Of a DNA stretch of 64,000 nt, positions 39,691 through 52,017 are shown piece by piece. The stretch is from Octopus sinensis (taxonomy: Eukaryota), in assembly GCF_006345805.1 (NCBI RefSeq), contig NC_043003.1, forward strand, positions 62,062,001 to 62,126,000. The letters run 5' to 3'. Made by a program: the position numbers and the translations under genes. Each line of letters opens with the position of its first letter. Position 1 is the first letter of the stretch. A model generated the notes under the pieces. That model saw nothing but the letters and a program-made list of their open reading frames with translations. It was not told the origin of the DNA and did no database searches.

Positions 39691-40316
39691 TTATTATGTT
39701 TTTGTATAATATTCATTTGATCCAGTTCTTCATAATAGATGTAAGTAGCAATTGAATGTGTATGCAAATGTATAGTAATGTTACAAAGTGTATTATGTCA
39801 AGTTTATATCTTTAAAATGGCAAATGCTTTGTAGGGTATCAATCTGATTTTGGTTGCTGTGTTTCTTGTTCTCCTTCACGTGTACCCCACAGTTATAACA
39901 CTCTGGTAAAATTTCCATTTCCTTTCATCAGTTACTTAAAACATTTGAGATGAAATTCAAAATTCATGAAACTGAAGGACTATGAAAATATTTGCATTTT
40001 CTTACAGATTGTCAACTGACAATTCAGGTGGCATCCAATTTCCATTTTAAATAGTTGCTGCAAATATTGAAGTGTAATAGAAAAAGATAAATTCAGTTTC
40101 TGGAATTTTGTTTCTGGCAGCACTGAACAATACTATTTGGTTGCAGTTAACTTATTATTAAACTCACCAAAGACGTAAGTGTCCGTGCAATGCAGTTAGT
40201 ATTCATAAAAGTTTTTAAATATTTTCATCACTTTATTATAAAGAGAAGACCTTTGTACAAATATCCTGAATAATTCATATAGCTTCAAAATCACTCTGCC
40301 TATGTGTGCTTTTTGG

Positions 40317-40388
<72 letters not shown>

Positions 40389-40820
40389 ACACAGAGGCTC
40401 ACACAGATATATTCTAAAATGCAATTTAGGATTTCAAATGCCATCATTTCAAAGTAATAGGAATATGATAGATTTTTGATTCTGTACAACTTATAAAATA
40501 TACAAGGACTTCGCTACAATTTTGGCCTCAATTTCAGGAGCCTCATAAATTTGTGCTGGTTTACTTTATGAAACGGAGGCACATCAATGACATGTTGATG
40601 GTCAATTGCTGATCATTGTTGCACAGTAATGAATTTACTGATTTACTGGACATGCATCACTTAAATCTCATATATTTCGGTATTTTCAAGTATAAGTGGA
40701 ACTCATGAATGATACCAGGGGTTGCAAAATCTTCCATAAAGCAAACATCCTGCTGCAGAGACAGTCAAGATTTTCAATTACAGCAGATCAGTCCAAGAAC
40801 TGGACAAGAAACAAATATAA

Positions 40821-40875
<55 letters not shown>

Positions 40876-41158
40876 TCACAGAAAGTGTGTCAATAGTCAG
40901 CTGGAGGAGGTGTCCTCCTGGGCTACAAGCTACAGTAGCATTCACCCTTAAGGTTTAGCCACATTTAAGTGGCCAATATACTTCATGATGTCTTGCAGCT
41001 ACTGCTTATACCTCGCTCAGAGATTTATTATTGCTTATATATGTGTATCTATTAGAAAGTTAATAAAAAGAAAATAGAGAAGAAATATAGTAGATACTTG
41101 GTTAATTTTATTTGTATCCCGATGAAAAAAGTAATACATGTAAGATTCAGGATGTAAA

Positions 41159-41475
41159 GGAAGCAAATCATCAAAAGAAATAAACATAAAAGAATCCTAC
41201 ATATGTTTCAATCTGGCCATTAAGTTTCGATCATTAGCATTCAAACATGTTAGATATAAAATAACCTCACATTATGTCCAGATCTCATCAGGGCATGATG
41301 TTTACTTTAATTATTCAGTACCTGAAAGTAAACATCGATCCCTAATGAGATCCGTACATAATGTGGGGTTATTTTACATCTAACATCACTTGAATGCTGA
41401 TGATTGAAACCTAATGGCCAGATTGAAACATATGTAGGATTCTTTTATGTTTACTTCTTTTGTTGATTTGCTTCC
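41159..41475. repeat. Long inverted repeat / palindromic MITE-like element (~150-bp arms, 16-nt spacer)
   Basis: 41159-41308 is about 89% identical (hand alignment) to the reverse complement of 41325-41475, including a 42-bp perfect stretch. Confidence 0.9.
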
Positions 41476-41662
41476 TGTTTTCTTTTATTAACATTACACA
41501 TTATTGGACAGTTTATCCATATATATTGTGGAACTTTCTTTCAACATATTTGATAACACTAGTTGGTACCCAGGTTTTTGAAAAATCCCTTACAAGGAAA
41601 TTTCATCAATATTTGTATATATATATATATATATATATAGAAGTGGCTGTGTACTAAGAATA

Positions 41663-42052
41663 GGCGGCACAGGAGTGGTTGTGTGGTAATAAGCTTGCTT
41701 CCCGACCACATGGTTCCAGGTTCAGTCCCAGTGCATGGCACCTTGGGCAAGTGTCTTCTACTATAGCCTCAGGCTAACCAAAGCCTTGTGAGAGGATTTG
41801 GTTGACAGAAGCTGAAAGAAGCCCATTGTATATATACATGTGTGTATGTATATTTGTGTCGGTGTTTGTCACCCCACCATTGCTTGACAACCGACGTTGG
41901 TGTGTTTACATCCCCATAACTTAGCAGTTCAGCAAAAAAACTGATAAAATAAATACTGGGCTTACAAAGAATAAATGCTGGGGCCGATTTGTTTGACTAA
42001 AGGTGGTGCTCCAGCATGGATGCAGTCAAATGACTGAAATAAATAAAAGAAT
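41663..42052 (+). mobile_element. tRNA-derived SINE family A, full length
   Basis: A box TGGTTGTGTGGT, B box GGTTCAGTCCC, GGCACCTTGGGCAAGTGTCTTCTACTATAGCC, central microsatellite, tail GGTGGTGCTCCAGCATGGATGCAGTCAAATGACTGAAATAAATAAAAGA. Confidence 0.9.
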
Positions 42053-42077
42053 ATGTGTGTGTGTGTGTGTGGATACA

Positions 42078-43308
42078 CAGACATGACAGAGGTAAATAGA
42101 CACCCTATTAAACATCGTTCTATGCTTATTATAACTTGAAAAGGTTTATATATTTTTTATTAGTTGACATATTTGTGTTTCAGGTTATATATGTGACTGT
42201 TTAATCATGCCACATACAAAAGATGGCTTGGACCTGTTCAAATTTCAAAGAGGTTGTATTGTGAGTCAATCTGAAGGTGGACCTAGTCAGAGTAAAATAA
42301 CAGAAAACCTTGGGATCCTACTTTCTACAGTTAACAGAATGATTGTGCAATTCACCAAGGAAGACCAGGAGTCTACATTACCTCACCCAGGTCAACCAGG
42401 GCCCTCTGACTGGACTCTTTGCTTTGTTAATTGAAATGTGGAGGAAAATCCTCATTGCATAGCAGAACAAGTTGATGTCAATTCCAGAACAACTGTCAGA
42501 TATCTCCACAAACCTGGCTGCTATGGCAGAGCAGCAAGAAGGAAACCACTTCTTCAGCCAGCCAATATCAAGCAGAGAAAAGATTGGGCCAGTGAAATGG
42601 TGGGGAGGCTACTAGCATTGGAACATTGTCATATTCTCTGATAAATCCAAATTTGCTATATTTTTTGGCAGTGGTAGAGTGTAAGGCTAGAGACACTGTG
42701 ATCAAGAATTCAATGTGGAAAGATTGCAGCCAACAATGAAACATGGTGGCTATTCTGTGATGGTCTAGGGAGCAATTTGGAGCAATAGTCAGAGCTAGTG
42801 GAGTGTGAGGGAAACATAAATTCAGATAAATATGTGTCCATATTGTAGAGAGGACTCCTTCCAATCTTCGCCAGTGGTGAAATGATTAAAGAAGATTATT
42901 GATGGAAGATGCAGCTCCTTGTCACACGGCTAAAAGGACCCAAGGTTGTTTGGAAGAGAATGGCAATAAAAAGCTTCCATGGCCAAGCCAGTCACCAGAT
43001 ATGAACCCTATTGGATACTTCTGGGTCATAATGAACAGAACACTTCATAAAAAGAAAACAAAGCAAACTCAAAGCCAGTTCTTTCGAGGTTACTGCATGA
43101 AACTTGGCAAGAAATTCTGCAAGAGAATATTCGTCATCTGATCTGTAACATGCCCAATAGGATCCTTACATTGTAAAATGTAAAGAGCATGTCTACTAAA
43201 TATTAGGTATTTACATTATAATTATTAATAAATAATTTGAATGTATAATTTCAGATTTAAATCAATTTTAACGAGTATAAGGGTGTCTATTTACTTCTGT
43301 GATGTCTG
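42078..43308 (+). mobile_element. Tc1-like DNA transposon, full length, transposase pseudogenised
   Basis: TIRs CAGACATGACAGAGGTAAATAGACACCCT and the reverse complement of 43280-43308 (2 mismatches), TA at right. Fragments: FQRGCIV (HTH), RAARRKPLL, SDKSKF, KHGGYSVMV, MEDAAPCH, WPSQSPDMNPI. Confidence 0.92.
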
Positions 43309-43310
43309 TA

Positions 43311-43680
43311 TACTCCTTACTCCTTTACTCCTGGAGCACCGCCTTTAGTCGAGCAAATCGACCCCGGGACTTATTCTTTGTAAGCCCAATACTTATTCTA
43401 TCGATCTCTTTTGCCGAACAGCTAAGTGACGGGGACGTAAACACACCAGCATCGGTTGTCAAGCAATGCTAGGGGTACAAACACAGACACACAAATAGAC
43501 ACACACATACATATATATATACATATATACGACAGGCTTCTTTCAGTTTCCGTCTACCAAATCCACTCACAAGGCATTGGTCGGCCCGGGGCTATAGCAG
43601 AAGACACTTGCCCAAGATGCCACGCAGTGGGACTGAACCTGGAACCATGTGGTTGGTTAGCAAGCTACTTACCACACAGC
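43311..43680 (-). mobile_element. SINE family A, young copy (CpGs retained)
   Basis: GGAGCACCGCCTTTAGTCGAGCAAATCGACCCCGGGAC...GTGGGACTGAACCTGGAACCATGTGG. Confidence 0.9.
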
Positions 43681-43685
43681 ATATG

Positions 43686-43770
43686 GTCAAATTTGAAAGA
43701 GGCTGTATTGTGAGTCAATCTGAAGGTGGACCTAGTCTGAGTAAAATCACAGAAAACCTTTGGATCCCAC

Positions 43771-43771
<1 letters not shown>
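43686..43771 (+). mobile_element. Isolated ~85-bp fragment of the same Tc1 family
   Basis: Matches 42237-42322 with about 6 substitutions. Confidence 0.8.
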
Positions 43772-43806
<35 letters not shown>

Positions 43807-44854
43807 CATACACACACACACACACATATAATAACCAAGTATAGAGGATGAATTGTTCTATATGATAACCTTTCTAGATAACAGCTGGCTTCAAAAATTG
43901 AATGCAAATTGGCAATGTTTTCTTTGCATTTTGTTTTGTTTTGCTCTATTAACCTGGTTAGTTTATCCCATTTAAAATAATATTATAAAAAATAAATGAA
44001 TTCTCCAGAGAAAATATTACTTTCCAATATCTTTAGTTACATATTATGAAAAAGACATATATGGTTAAGAAGAATACTACTTCAACATAACTGTTTGGGA
44101 ATTGGAGATTTATGTAAACTTCATTGTAAATAAGAATTGTTAGATTTATGTAAATTTTTCAATTATCATAAAATGTCTTGCAAATAAAAGGAATAATCTC
44201 TTATGTAAGCAGAAAGCATTATTAAAATGAAAATGTTTTTATGAAATGTTATTACCCCTCAAAATAAAATTATACCTCCAAGAACAGGATGAGATTGCTC
44301 TAAGAATTTGAATGAATTTTAAGAATGATAGTGCCATCACTTCTACCTTTGGCTGTGGAAAAGTTTTTATCATGCTGTTTTTATTATAGTGATGTGTAAT
44401 AGAGTTTGTGATCTAACCGCCAAAACTTCACACCCTATTTTCCTCATCAGGACTTGGAGAGTGATTCAGAGTCATCATGTCAGCTGAGTACAACTGAAGA
44501 ATCTATAACTTGATCAAAGTGTATGGTAATGTGTAAAGCAAAATATACATGTGAAGTCAATACATACTAGTTGAGGGCAGCTTTAGTAAAAGTTAGCTGA
44601 ACAAAGTTTACTATGTAGAATGAGCTTATGTGGCATCAAAAGAATAGAATTCTGATGTTGGTTATGTCCTTTATTGAAGAAAAGGTAATGAGATGGTTGA
44701 AGAATGTTGTGTACATTAGACTGGGGAGTGTATGACCAGTATAGACGAAAATGATGAGGTATGAAACAAACTAACCATCAGAAGGTGTTGCTGCAATGTT
44801 ACATATCAACCACTTGTTGACAAGTTCTTAACAGCCCTAATACATATTGAATCA

Positions 44855-45020
44855 AAGTATTATAGGTAGATGGTGGGAAGAAAATTCATCTCAGGCTCAT
44901 GAAAATGACATTCAGAAGCAAGAAGCAACAAAAGAAGGCCACTTCATTTTCTAAGTACATCTAGAGCTTGATGGAGAAAGGAATTGACATGAAATTATCT
45001 TGGTTTATTGTTGAAACTGA
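44855..45020 (+). mobile_element. Penelope-like GIY-YIG endonuclease C-terminal fragment, highly decayed
   Basis: KMTFRSKKQQKKATSFSKYI*SLMEKGIDMKLSWFIVE resembles the PLE motif HKxxF...TxLSKxIWxLK...W. Confidence 0.55.
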
Positions 45021-46374
45021 CAATTCAAAGAACAAATATATTCATTTAAATGAAATTCACCTTCTTTACATCATTTGATCATTTTTTAATTTATATAAGA
45101 TATGAAGAATGACAAAGGGAAATAAAAAGACAATAAATACATCCTAAAAACGTGTGCAAGGTAATTTCTTAAGTTATGGGTGACAATATGTTCAACAAAG
45201 AACTCAATAAATATATAAATCAGTCTTATTTGGTTTATGACTTGCTCATCTACTATATCTTATTCTAAAATTATTGTCTTATCTTTCTTTTTTATGGGCT
45301 TCCATGCAGAAGTATATATAACATTTATCTTGTAATTGTTCTCTTTTCCAATAGACATTTTTCTTTCTGAATTATTTCATAGACTGCAAAGTTTCCTGGA
45401 ACTGACTTTTAATACGTATTCTTATTTCTATTTAGAAACTACAATTTCTATTTTCAGCACTCTAACACTATTTCTTTGATGAATTGTCCTCACCTTTTCT
45501 TTACTAAAATTATTGTGTTGCAGTTAAATATATAGAATGGAATATTTATTTCTTCTTTTGAGTAAATGAAGGAAATTTATATTGTTAATCCTAGAAAATT
45601 AATGGCTATATTGTTATTAAAAATATATAAAAAATACAGTTCCTTTGTATACGTATTGAGTATTACATTTTCTTTCTTAATATTGAATCTATGTGAGTGT
45701 AAATCATTCTGCTGCTATTTTTGCAAAATCAATCAATGAAGAAAAAAGAAAGATGATTTTTTATAGTTCAGCATTAAATAGCAGTTGCACTTGTAATTGT
45801 TTTCAATGTTTTTGGCTATTATTTACTTAATGAAATATTCTAAGTTTACCTCCATTTGAAGAATGAGTTCTCAAGTGAATTTAAAATTCACTCGTTGTTT
45901 AACCACAGGTCAATCCTGATAGACATGACTACTCTGTCTTTTTAAGACTACATTATCTAATGTGTGATCCACTTTTTAAAGACAGTAGGAAACTTGGCTG
46001 GATAGTAATGAAATTTGTTTACTATTTCTATCCAGTTGACTTTTTGATGCATATAAAAAAACTTAGCAGTTGTAGTATAGTAACTTAATCCCATTTCATC
46101 TCTGAACAAACAGACCTATGATGAAAGGCATTCCAGCTATGGCCAGTTTATCCTCTATTCAAGCACAGTATATATGTGCCTAATGTAACGTTTCCATCTT
46201 TTCTAAGGCAACAGAATATGATTTGAGGGAGATTTGACTGTCATTTGTAGCAGGTTGAATGACTGTGATAGTCTCACTTTAGTTATCATATTTTTGTTGA
46301 AATACACTACCTTTGTTTAAATTAATTTTCAAAATAACGAAGAATTGAGAAAAATAACTTTGTCATTATTAAAT

Positions 46375-46565
46375 TGGCAGGATTATTAGTATGCTAGCAT
46401 CTCATGTCTTTATGTTTTGAATTCAAATTCAGCTGTGGTCACCTTGGTCTTTCATACTTGCAGGATTGATGAAATAAGTTCCAGTAGAGTAGTGGAGTCA
46501 ATGTAATCAACTAGTCCACCCCTTCTCTTAAAATTCTAGACCCTGTTTCTATAGTAGAAAGTATT
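46375..46565 (+). mobile_element. SINE family B copy
   Basis: TTGGCAGGATTATTAG...TTCAAATTC...GGTCTTTCATACTTGCAGGATTGATGAAATAAG, homologous to 17225-17460. Confidence 0.55.
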
Positions 46566-49099
46566 ATCAAGCTGGTGTTTGGAACATAAATTAACATGAA
46601 ATTTTATCAGAAGGTTTTAATTTTAAACAGTTTTTAAAAAACAAGTTTGTAGAATGAAGGGCAGCCTTAGGTGGGATAGTATCAAAAAGGGTTAGGCAAA
46701 TTTTTATTGGCTGACACATGCATTGTTGTAAAAGTAATTTATCAACACAAACTGAAATTTATTAATGGTAATCTTAGATGCTAAAAAGTATTGGATGGGA
46801 TTGTAGCAGTTGAATTTGCTATTTTAAAATATTTAAACAGAAAACTGTTAACCCAGATTATAATCTCTTATTTTCATTTAAGAGGATTTTAAGCTTCTTA
46901 ACTGTTCACCATATAGTCATATGTTCAAATCTCTATTACCATTGGGTTGTTGTTTTTGAACAAGTCATCTATGTTTACTCTGGTTTACATGACTGAATGT
47001 AAGAAAAAGAGTTCAAAGTCTTCTTTGACAGCCAAGCAGTTATCTATCAGAAATGCACCCAGCTGTAAAATCAATAACTTCAGTAGATAAATCCTTCATC
47101 TGTGTAAGTATGAAAGAATGGCTGTAAAACAGTTACACTCGTGGTACAAAACTTTACCTTAAGCAAAAATATATGTGATAGGTATTTAATTGTCTAATAG
47201 CCAATTCAATACATCTAATTATTTTCTGAAGGTGTTAATACTATTTCTGCTAAATATGATTAGTTCCAATATCACAGTAACATGTAACTTGAACATAAAT
47301 GCATTACAAAAGGTAATAATTGCAAAGATAAATAGCTTTATGTTTGCCTGAGCTTGGCTTGATATAACATTTTTATGGCATTCTTGTCCTTTAGTGTAAT
47401 TGTAACAGGTCAGAAGAATGTCTTATACTAAGAAAAAAAAAAAATTATATCAGAAAACAGACTTAAAGGAAATTTGAAAGTCCAAGATGATATGTGAATG
47501 AAAATATGATAACAGTGTTTAGGAAACAAATCAGTTTATGCTAGGTTTTGAATGGAAATGTACATCAACTATCACAGATTTAGCTTTCAGTTGCTATTAT
47601 TGCTCCACTGAAATAAAATTGTTATTAAAGATATCTGCAATGATATGTTACTGAAAATATTTTTCAGGAATTGTATTAACTCCTTTGAAAAGCATTGTAT
47701 TCTGTTGCAAACCTTTCCATGAAATCGAAATTACAATATAGGAAGAAAATTATAGTATATGAAAATAAATTGTACCTACGTAGAGCAGAATGACATTATA
47801 AATTTGATGTGAGCATTAAAAACATTATTATTTGGTAAAGAGAAACTGAGTGTCAGTGTTGTAGTTTGCAAATATCATTTTATCATTTTATGTAGTTGTA
47901 AGCTCTGGGTAAGATAAATTTCTATTTCAAATTATTCCTGTTTCAGGTTAGATATATAAACTCTAAAAATAATAAAAATAGTTTGCCAAAATTATTTGAA
48001 AGAAGCAAATTTCATTTCATAATGGAAAAAATGTACTTTTTAATGTTTTATTTATTGAATTGAAGAAAGAATGGAAAACGATAAAGTGCTATTTACAGTT
48101 CCTAGCAAGTCTTCTATTTTTCATTATTTTCAAGAATATTTTGTCAGAATCATCAAAAGTATTTTAACATACTCATTCAAACTGGCATGTCTTAGTCTGA
48201 AGTACAAAATTCTGATTTCTACCTTCACATCTGCTCTTTAATATTCTCTTGGAAATTAATTTGTAATTTCTTTTAATTATCTCTGTTTTCCATTGAGAAA
48301 CAATAATAATTGTCATTAGGTGTTTGTTTTCTTTTTCCAAAAAGAAGTAAATTTCAGTCTGTTAAGAACTTTTGCATGTATCTTTCAATACATCACTATC
48401 TCAAAATTTGTAATTAATCTACTTGAGTTACTTTTCTCAGCTCATTCAATGCAGTTATGCACTTTACAATGCTAAACTGTACAATGCTATTTTCTTGCAA
48501 AAATCTTTGTCCACTGATTTGATTTGCTGATGTAGCCCAATAAGACCGAAACATGTTCATTATTGTCACTGCAAATAAAGAGGAATATATAAACTGACTT
48601 CCAAAAGAAAATATATTCACAACACTGTTGATATAATCATAGTAATTCATTTGTGTTATAATATATTCTAATAATCATGCTAAGAAAACTTCATTCTTTT
48701 TTCAGATACAACAAAGATAAAGAAATAGGAGGATCCCAAGTATCCTAAATATACATATTTGAAGTTAAGGAGACTAATAGTTAGCAGTAGTTACAAACAA
48801 AACATTCTCTAAGCATTTTTTTCTATATTAGCATGGGTTAGATAGATCTCTTGAAAACTCAGCATCATCCTGTTAGTGCTGCCCTGTATTTTGAGATCTG
48901 GCTTTATCAGTTCACATTTCTTAGTCATTTGATCTGATCTCATCTTCTGTTAGAATACACTACCTCTTCACTGAGCACTTTTTGTCCATTCACTTCACAT
49001 CCCCATATCACTTTTTATATATGCTTGGTGCTTGTGTGTATTTAGAGAGAGAGAGCAAGAGAGAGAGAGAGAGAGCAAGAGAGAGAGAGAGAGATATAG

Positions 49100-50750
49100 A
49101 GAGTGGGAGAAAGTGAGACAGGTTGCCCTGGGAAGCTCCACTATGTTGATGACCTAGCCCTCATAGCAGAATCATTACCGGAACCAGAGAAGAAATTTCG
49201 TGTGTGGAAGCTAAGTTTAGAATCAAAAGGCCTTAGAGTCAATGTAGAAATGACCAAAGTTCTAGTAAGTAGGAAGGCAAACTCACCACACACACCCTTA
49301 GGTAGGTGGCCCTGCTCGATCTGTAGAAAAGATGTAGGTAGAAACTCCATAAGATGTACCCAGTGTAAGCTATGGACACATAAGAGGTGCAGCAGCATCA
49401 AAGGAAAATTAACCGAGAAGATAGCTTTCATGTGCAGCAGATGCACAGGGGCAATAGACACCACTGATATTAAGAACACAGATTCCATTATACTCCAGGG
49501 GGAGAAACAAGAAGTAGTTGATAGTTTCCGCTACCTAGGTGACCAAGTTTGTAGTGGGGTTGGATACTCAGAGAGTGATACCACTAGAATAAGAATAGCC
49601 TGGGCAAAGTTTAGAAAGCTTCTTCCCCTACTGGTGACAAAGGGTCTCTTGCTCAGAGTGAAAGGTAGATTGTACGATGCATGTGTGCGAACTGCCATGC
49701 TTCACGGCAGTGAAACATGGACTGTGACTGCGGAGGATATGTGTAGGCTCGAAAGAAATTAAGCTAGCATAATTTGCTGGATGTGTAAAGTCAGTGTCCA
49801 TGCATGACAGAGTGTAAGCACCCTGAGAGAAATGTTGGACATAAGAAGCATTGGATGCGTCGTGCAGGAGAGACGTTTGCGTTGGTATGATCATGTACTA
49901 TGGATGGATGAGGAGAGATGTGTGAAAAAGTGCCACTCCCAAACTGTTGAAGGAATCTGGAGTAGATGTAGACCCAGAAAGACATGGGATAAGGTGGTCA
50001 AGCATGACCTTCGTACGTTGAGGCTCACAGAGGCTATGATGAAAGACCGAGACCTCTGAAGATATGCTGTGACTTTGAAGACCCGACAAATGAAGTGAGT
50101 TCATGGCTCACAGGATGGCCTGCCATGATAACCTTGGATCGTAGAGTGACCTGCTGTGCTTGAGGAGACCTATTAAGTCAAGTACATCACCATCAACATC
50201 AAAATAAAAATCAATGGATATTGTAGTTAAGATACCTGTACCAGTGGCACATTGGGCCTCACAGAGGAATGACGAAAGACCGAGACCTCTGACTGTGAAG
50301 ACCTGACAAATGAAGTGAGTTCATGGCTCACAGGACGGCCTGCTGTGCTAACCTTGGATTGTAAAATGACCTGCTGTGCTTGAGGAGACCTGTTTAATCA
50401 AGTGTGTCAACACCAACATCAAAATATAAATCAAATGGATATTGTAGTTGAGATACCCATGCCAGTGGCACGTAAAAAGCACCATCTGAATGTGGCTGAT
50501 GCCAGCGCTGCCTGACTGGCGTCCGTGTCAGTAATACATAAAAAGTACCAACCGATCGTGGCTGTTTGCCAGCCTCCTCATAAAAAGCACTCACTACACT
50601 CATGGAGTGGTTGGCGTTAGGAAGGGCATCCAGCTGTACAAACACTGTCAGATCAGACTGGAGCCTGGCACAGCCTCCTGGCTTCCCAGAGCCCGGTTGA
50701 ACCATCCAACCCATGCTAGCATGGAAAACGGACTTATGATGATGATGTTT
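49100..50750 (+). mobile_element. RTE-clade LINE, 5'-truncated: RT with PHD-finger insert, duplicated 3' UTR, (ATG)n tail
   Basis: ORF 49103..49762: LHYVDDLALIAES...GLRVNVEMTKV...CSIC...CTQC...H..C...CSRC...VDSFRYLG...TAMLHGSETW. ORF 49832..50059: RRLRWYDHV...RPRKTW. The 3' end is GAGTGGTTGGCGTTAGGAAGGGCATCC...ATGATGATG. Confidence 0.93.
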
Positions 50751-50789
50751 AGCGAGTGATTCACTGAACTTCTTCCAACCGTCTCTTGT

Positions 50790-51200
50790 CTTAACCACCC
50801 ACCTTGCTTTCATTATATCCATATTAACACAATTCAGATAGCAGAAGCTATAAACTATCCAGTATATTTTCTCAGATGTTCATTGATAACACTTTAATTC
50901 TTTTACTGCTAGCTACTCCTGCACAGGTAGTTCACCCAAAGTTTACCAGAAATTCCACTGCATCTTTTGTATATCTACTGTTTTCACTAAAGTACATTGT
51001 TGATTCAGTTTCTTTTGAACATATTGAGCAAGGTCACTTCCCAAATGGTATTGGAATTTTCTTTCCTCTGTTGCTCAATAGAATTTCCACTTTTCTTATT
51101 GACTGCAGACCTTTAGATTCAGACTTTAGATATGAGTATGCTATAGTTACTAGAAGTCCTCTTGTTCTGAACACCTATGTTATTGCATCTCCTTAAGAAA
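50790..51200 (-). mobile_element. Decayed RTE RT fragment, inverted relative to the adjacent copy
   Basis: The antisense of ORF 50876..51196 reads ESKGLQS...IPFGKWPCSICSK. Confidence 0.65.
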
Positions 51201-52017
51201 AAGAAGAGGATTTGGAAGAGCCCTGATGAACTTCTTACCAAGATACTAATTTCTTCATTCAGTTTGTGGTTAACCTTTATTTCTTATCAAGACACACCTG
51301 TACTCATTTACTTATACCCAATATATTTAGTCCTGACCAGACTACAAGAGAGTGAAATACTATCAGAATCCTTTCTTTTTTTGATATGTTAATCATATAA
51401 AGGCTTTTCACTTAACAAGATGTGATGATTATGTTCTGCAACAGCTCAGTAAAATGTGTAAAAACCTTTTAATATATAAGAAACTTACACTCGTCAATGG
51501 GAATCAGATGCTCATCATGAAGTGACACAGGTGGTGGTCTGCTGTTAAGGAAGAAAGTAATAGGATGAAAAAAGAAGGGAGTAATGTCAAGACAGAGAGA
51601 GAGAGAGAGAGGTGTTGGATGAGTAGGAAGAAATTCAGTACTACCACACATCTTAAATGGTTTGATAAGAAGGTGTAGTATAGACAGAAGTAGTTATGAT
51701 TCTCTGGCCCCTAAAGGAATGTGTGATTGAAATCATTGTCATCATTGACCACCATGAGACAAGTGGATAATTCTTGGCATCTCTTCCTTTTTTCCCTTTA
51801 TTCTTTATTTACTTTTGATGTTGCCAGGTCATTGTCAAATTTGTTGGACATTTTCTCTCCCATAGGCATGTACAAATGTTTATATAAATATACCTGTATA
51901 TATATGTGTGTGGGTAAACATAAATTTATGTCCCTGTATGTATATGTGTGTGTATATTTAAATATGTATGCTTATGTGTATATAAGAAGTATGTATTTAT
52001 GCATATATCATATATAT

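Noticed and set aside
41663-41740. tRNA-like A/B boxes as tRNA genes (also 20511, 30836)
   Set aside because: No complete cloverleaf; they continue into SINE bodies.
44330-44456. Third hammerhead candidate on the - strand (CTGATGA-GGAAAA...TTTTCC)
   Set aside because: No GAAA after stem II and no convincing stem I or III; may be a heavily decayed copy but cannot be supported.
50470-50600. Repeated TAAAAAGCAC with spacers, superficially CRISPR-like
   Set aside because: Short degenerate repeats inside a eukaryotic RTE 3' UTR, irregular spacing, no cas genes.
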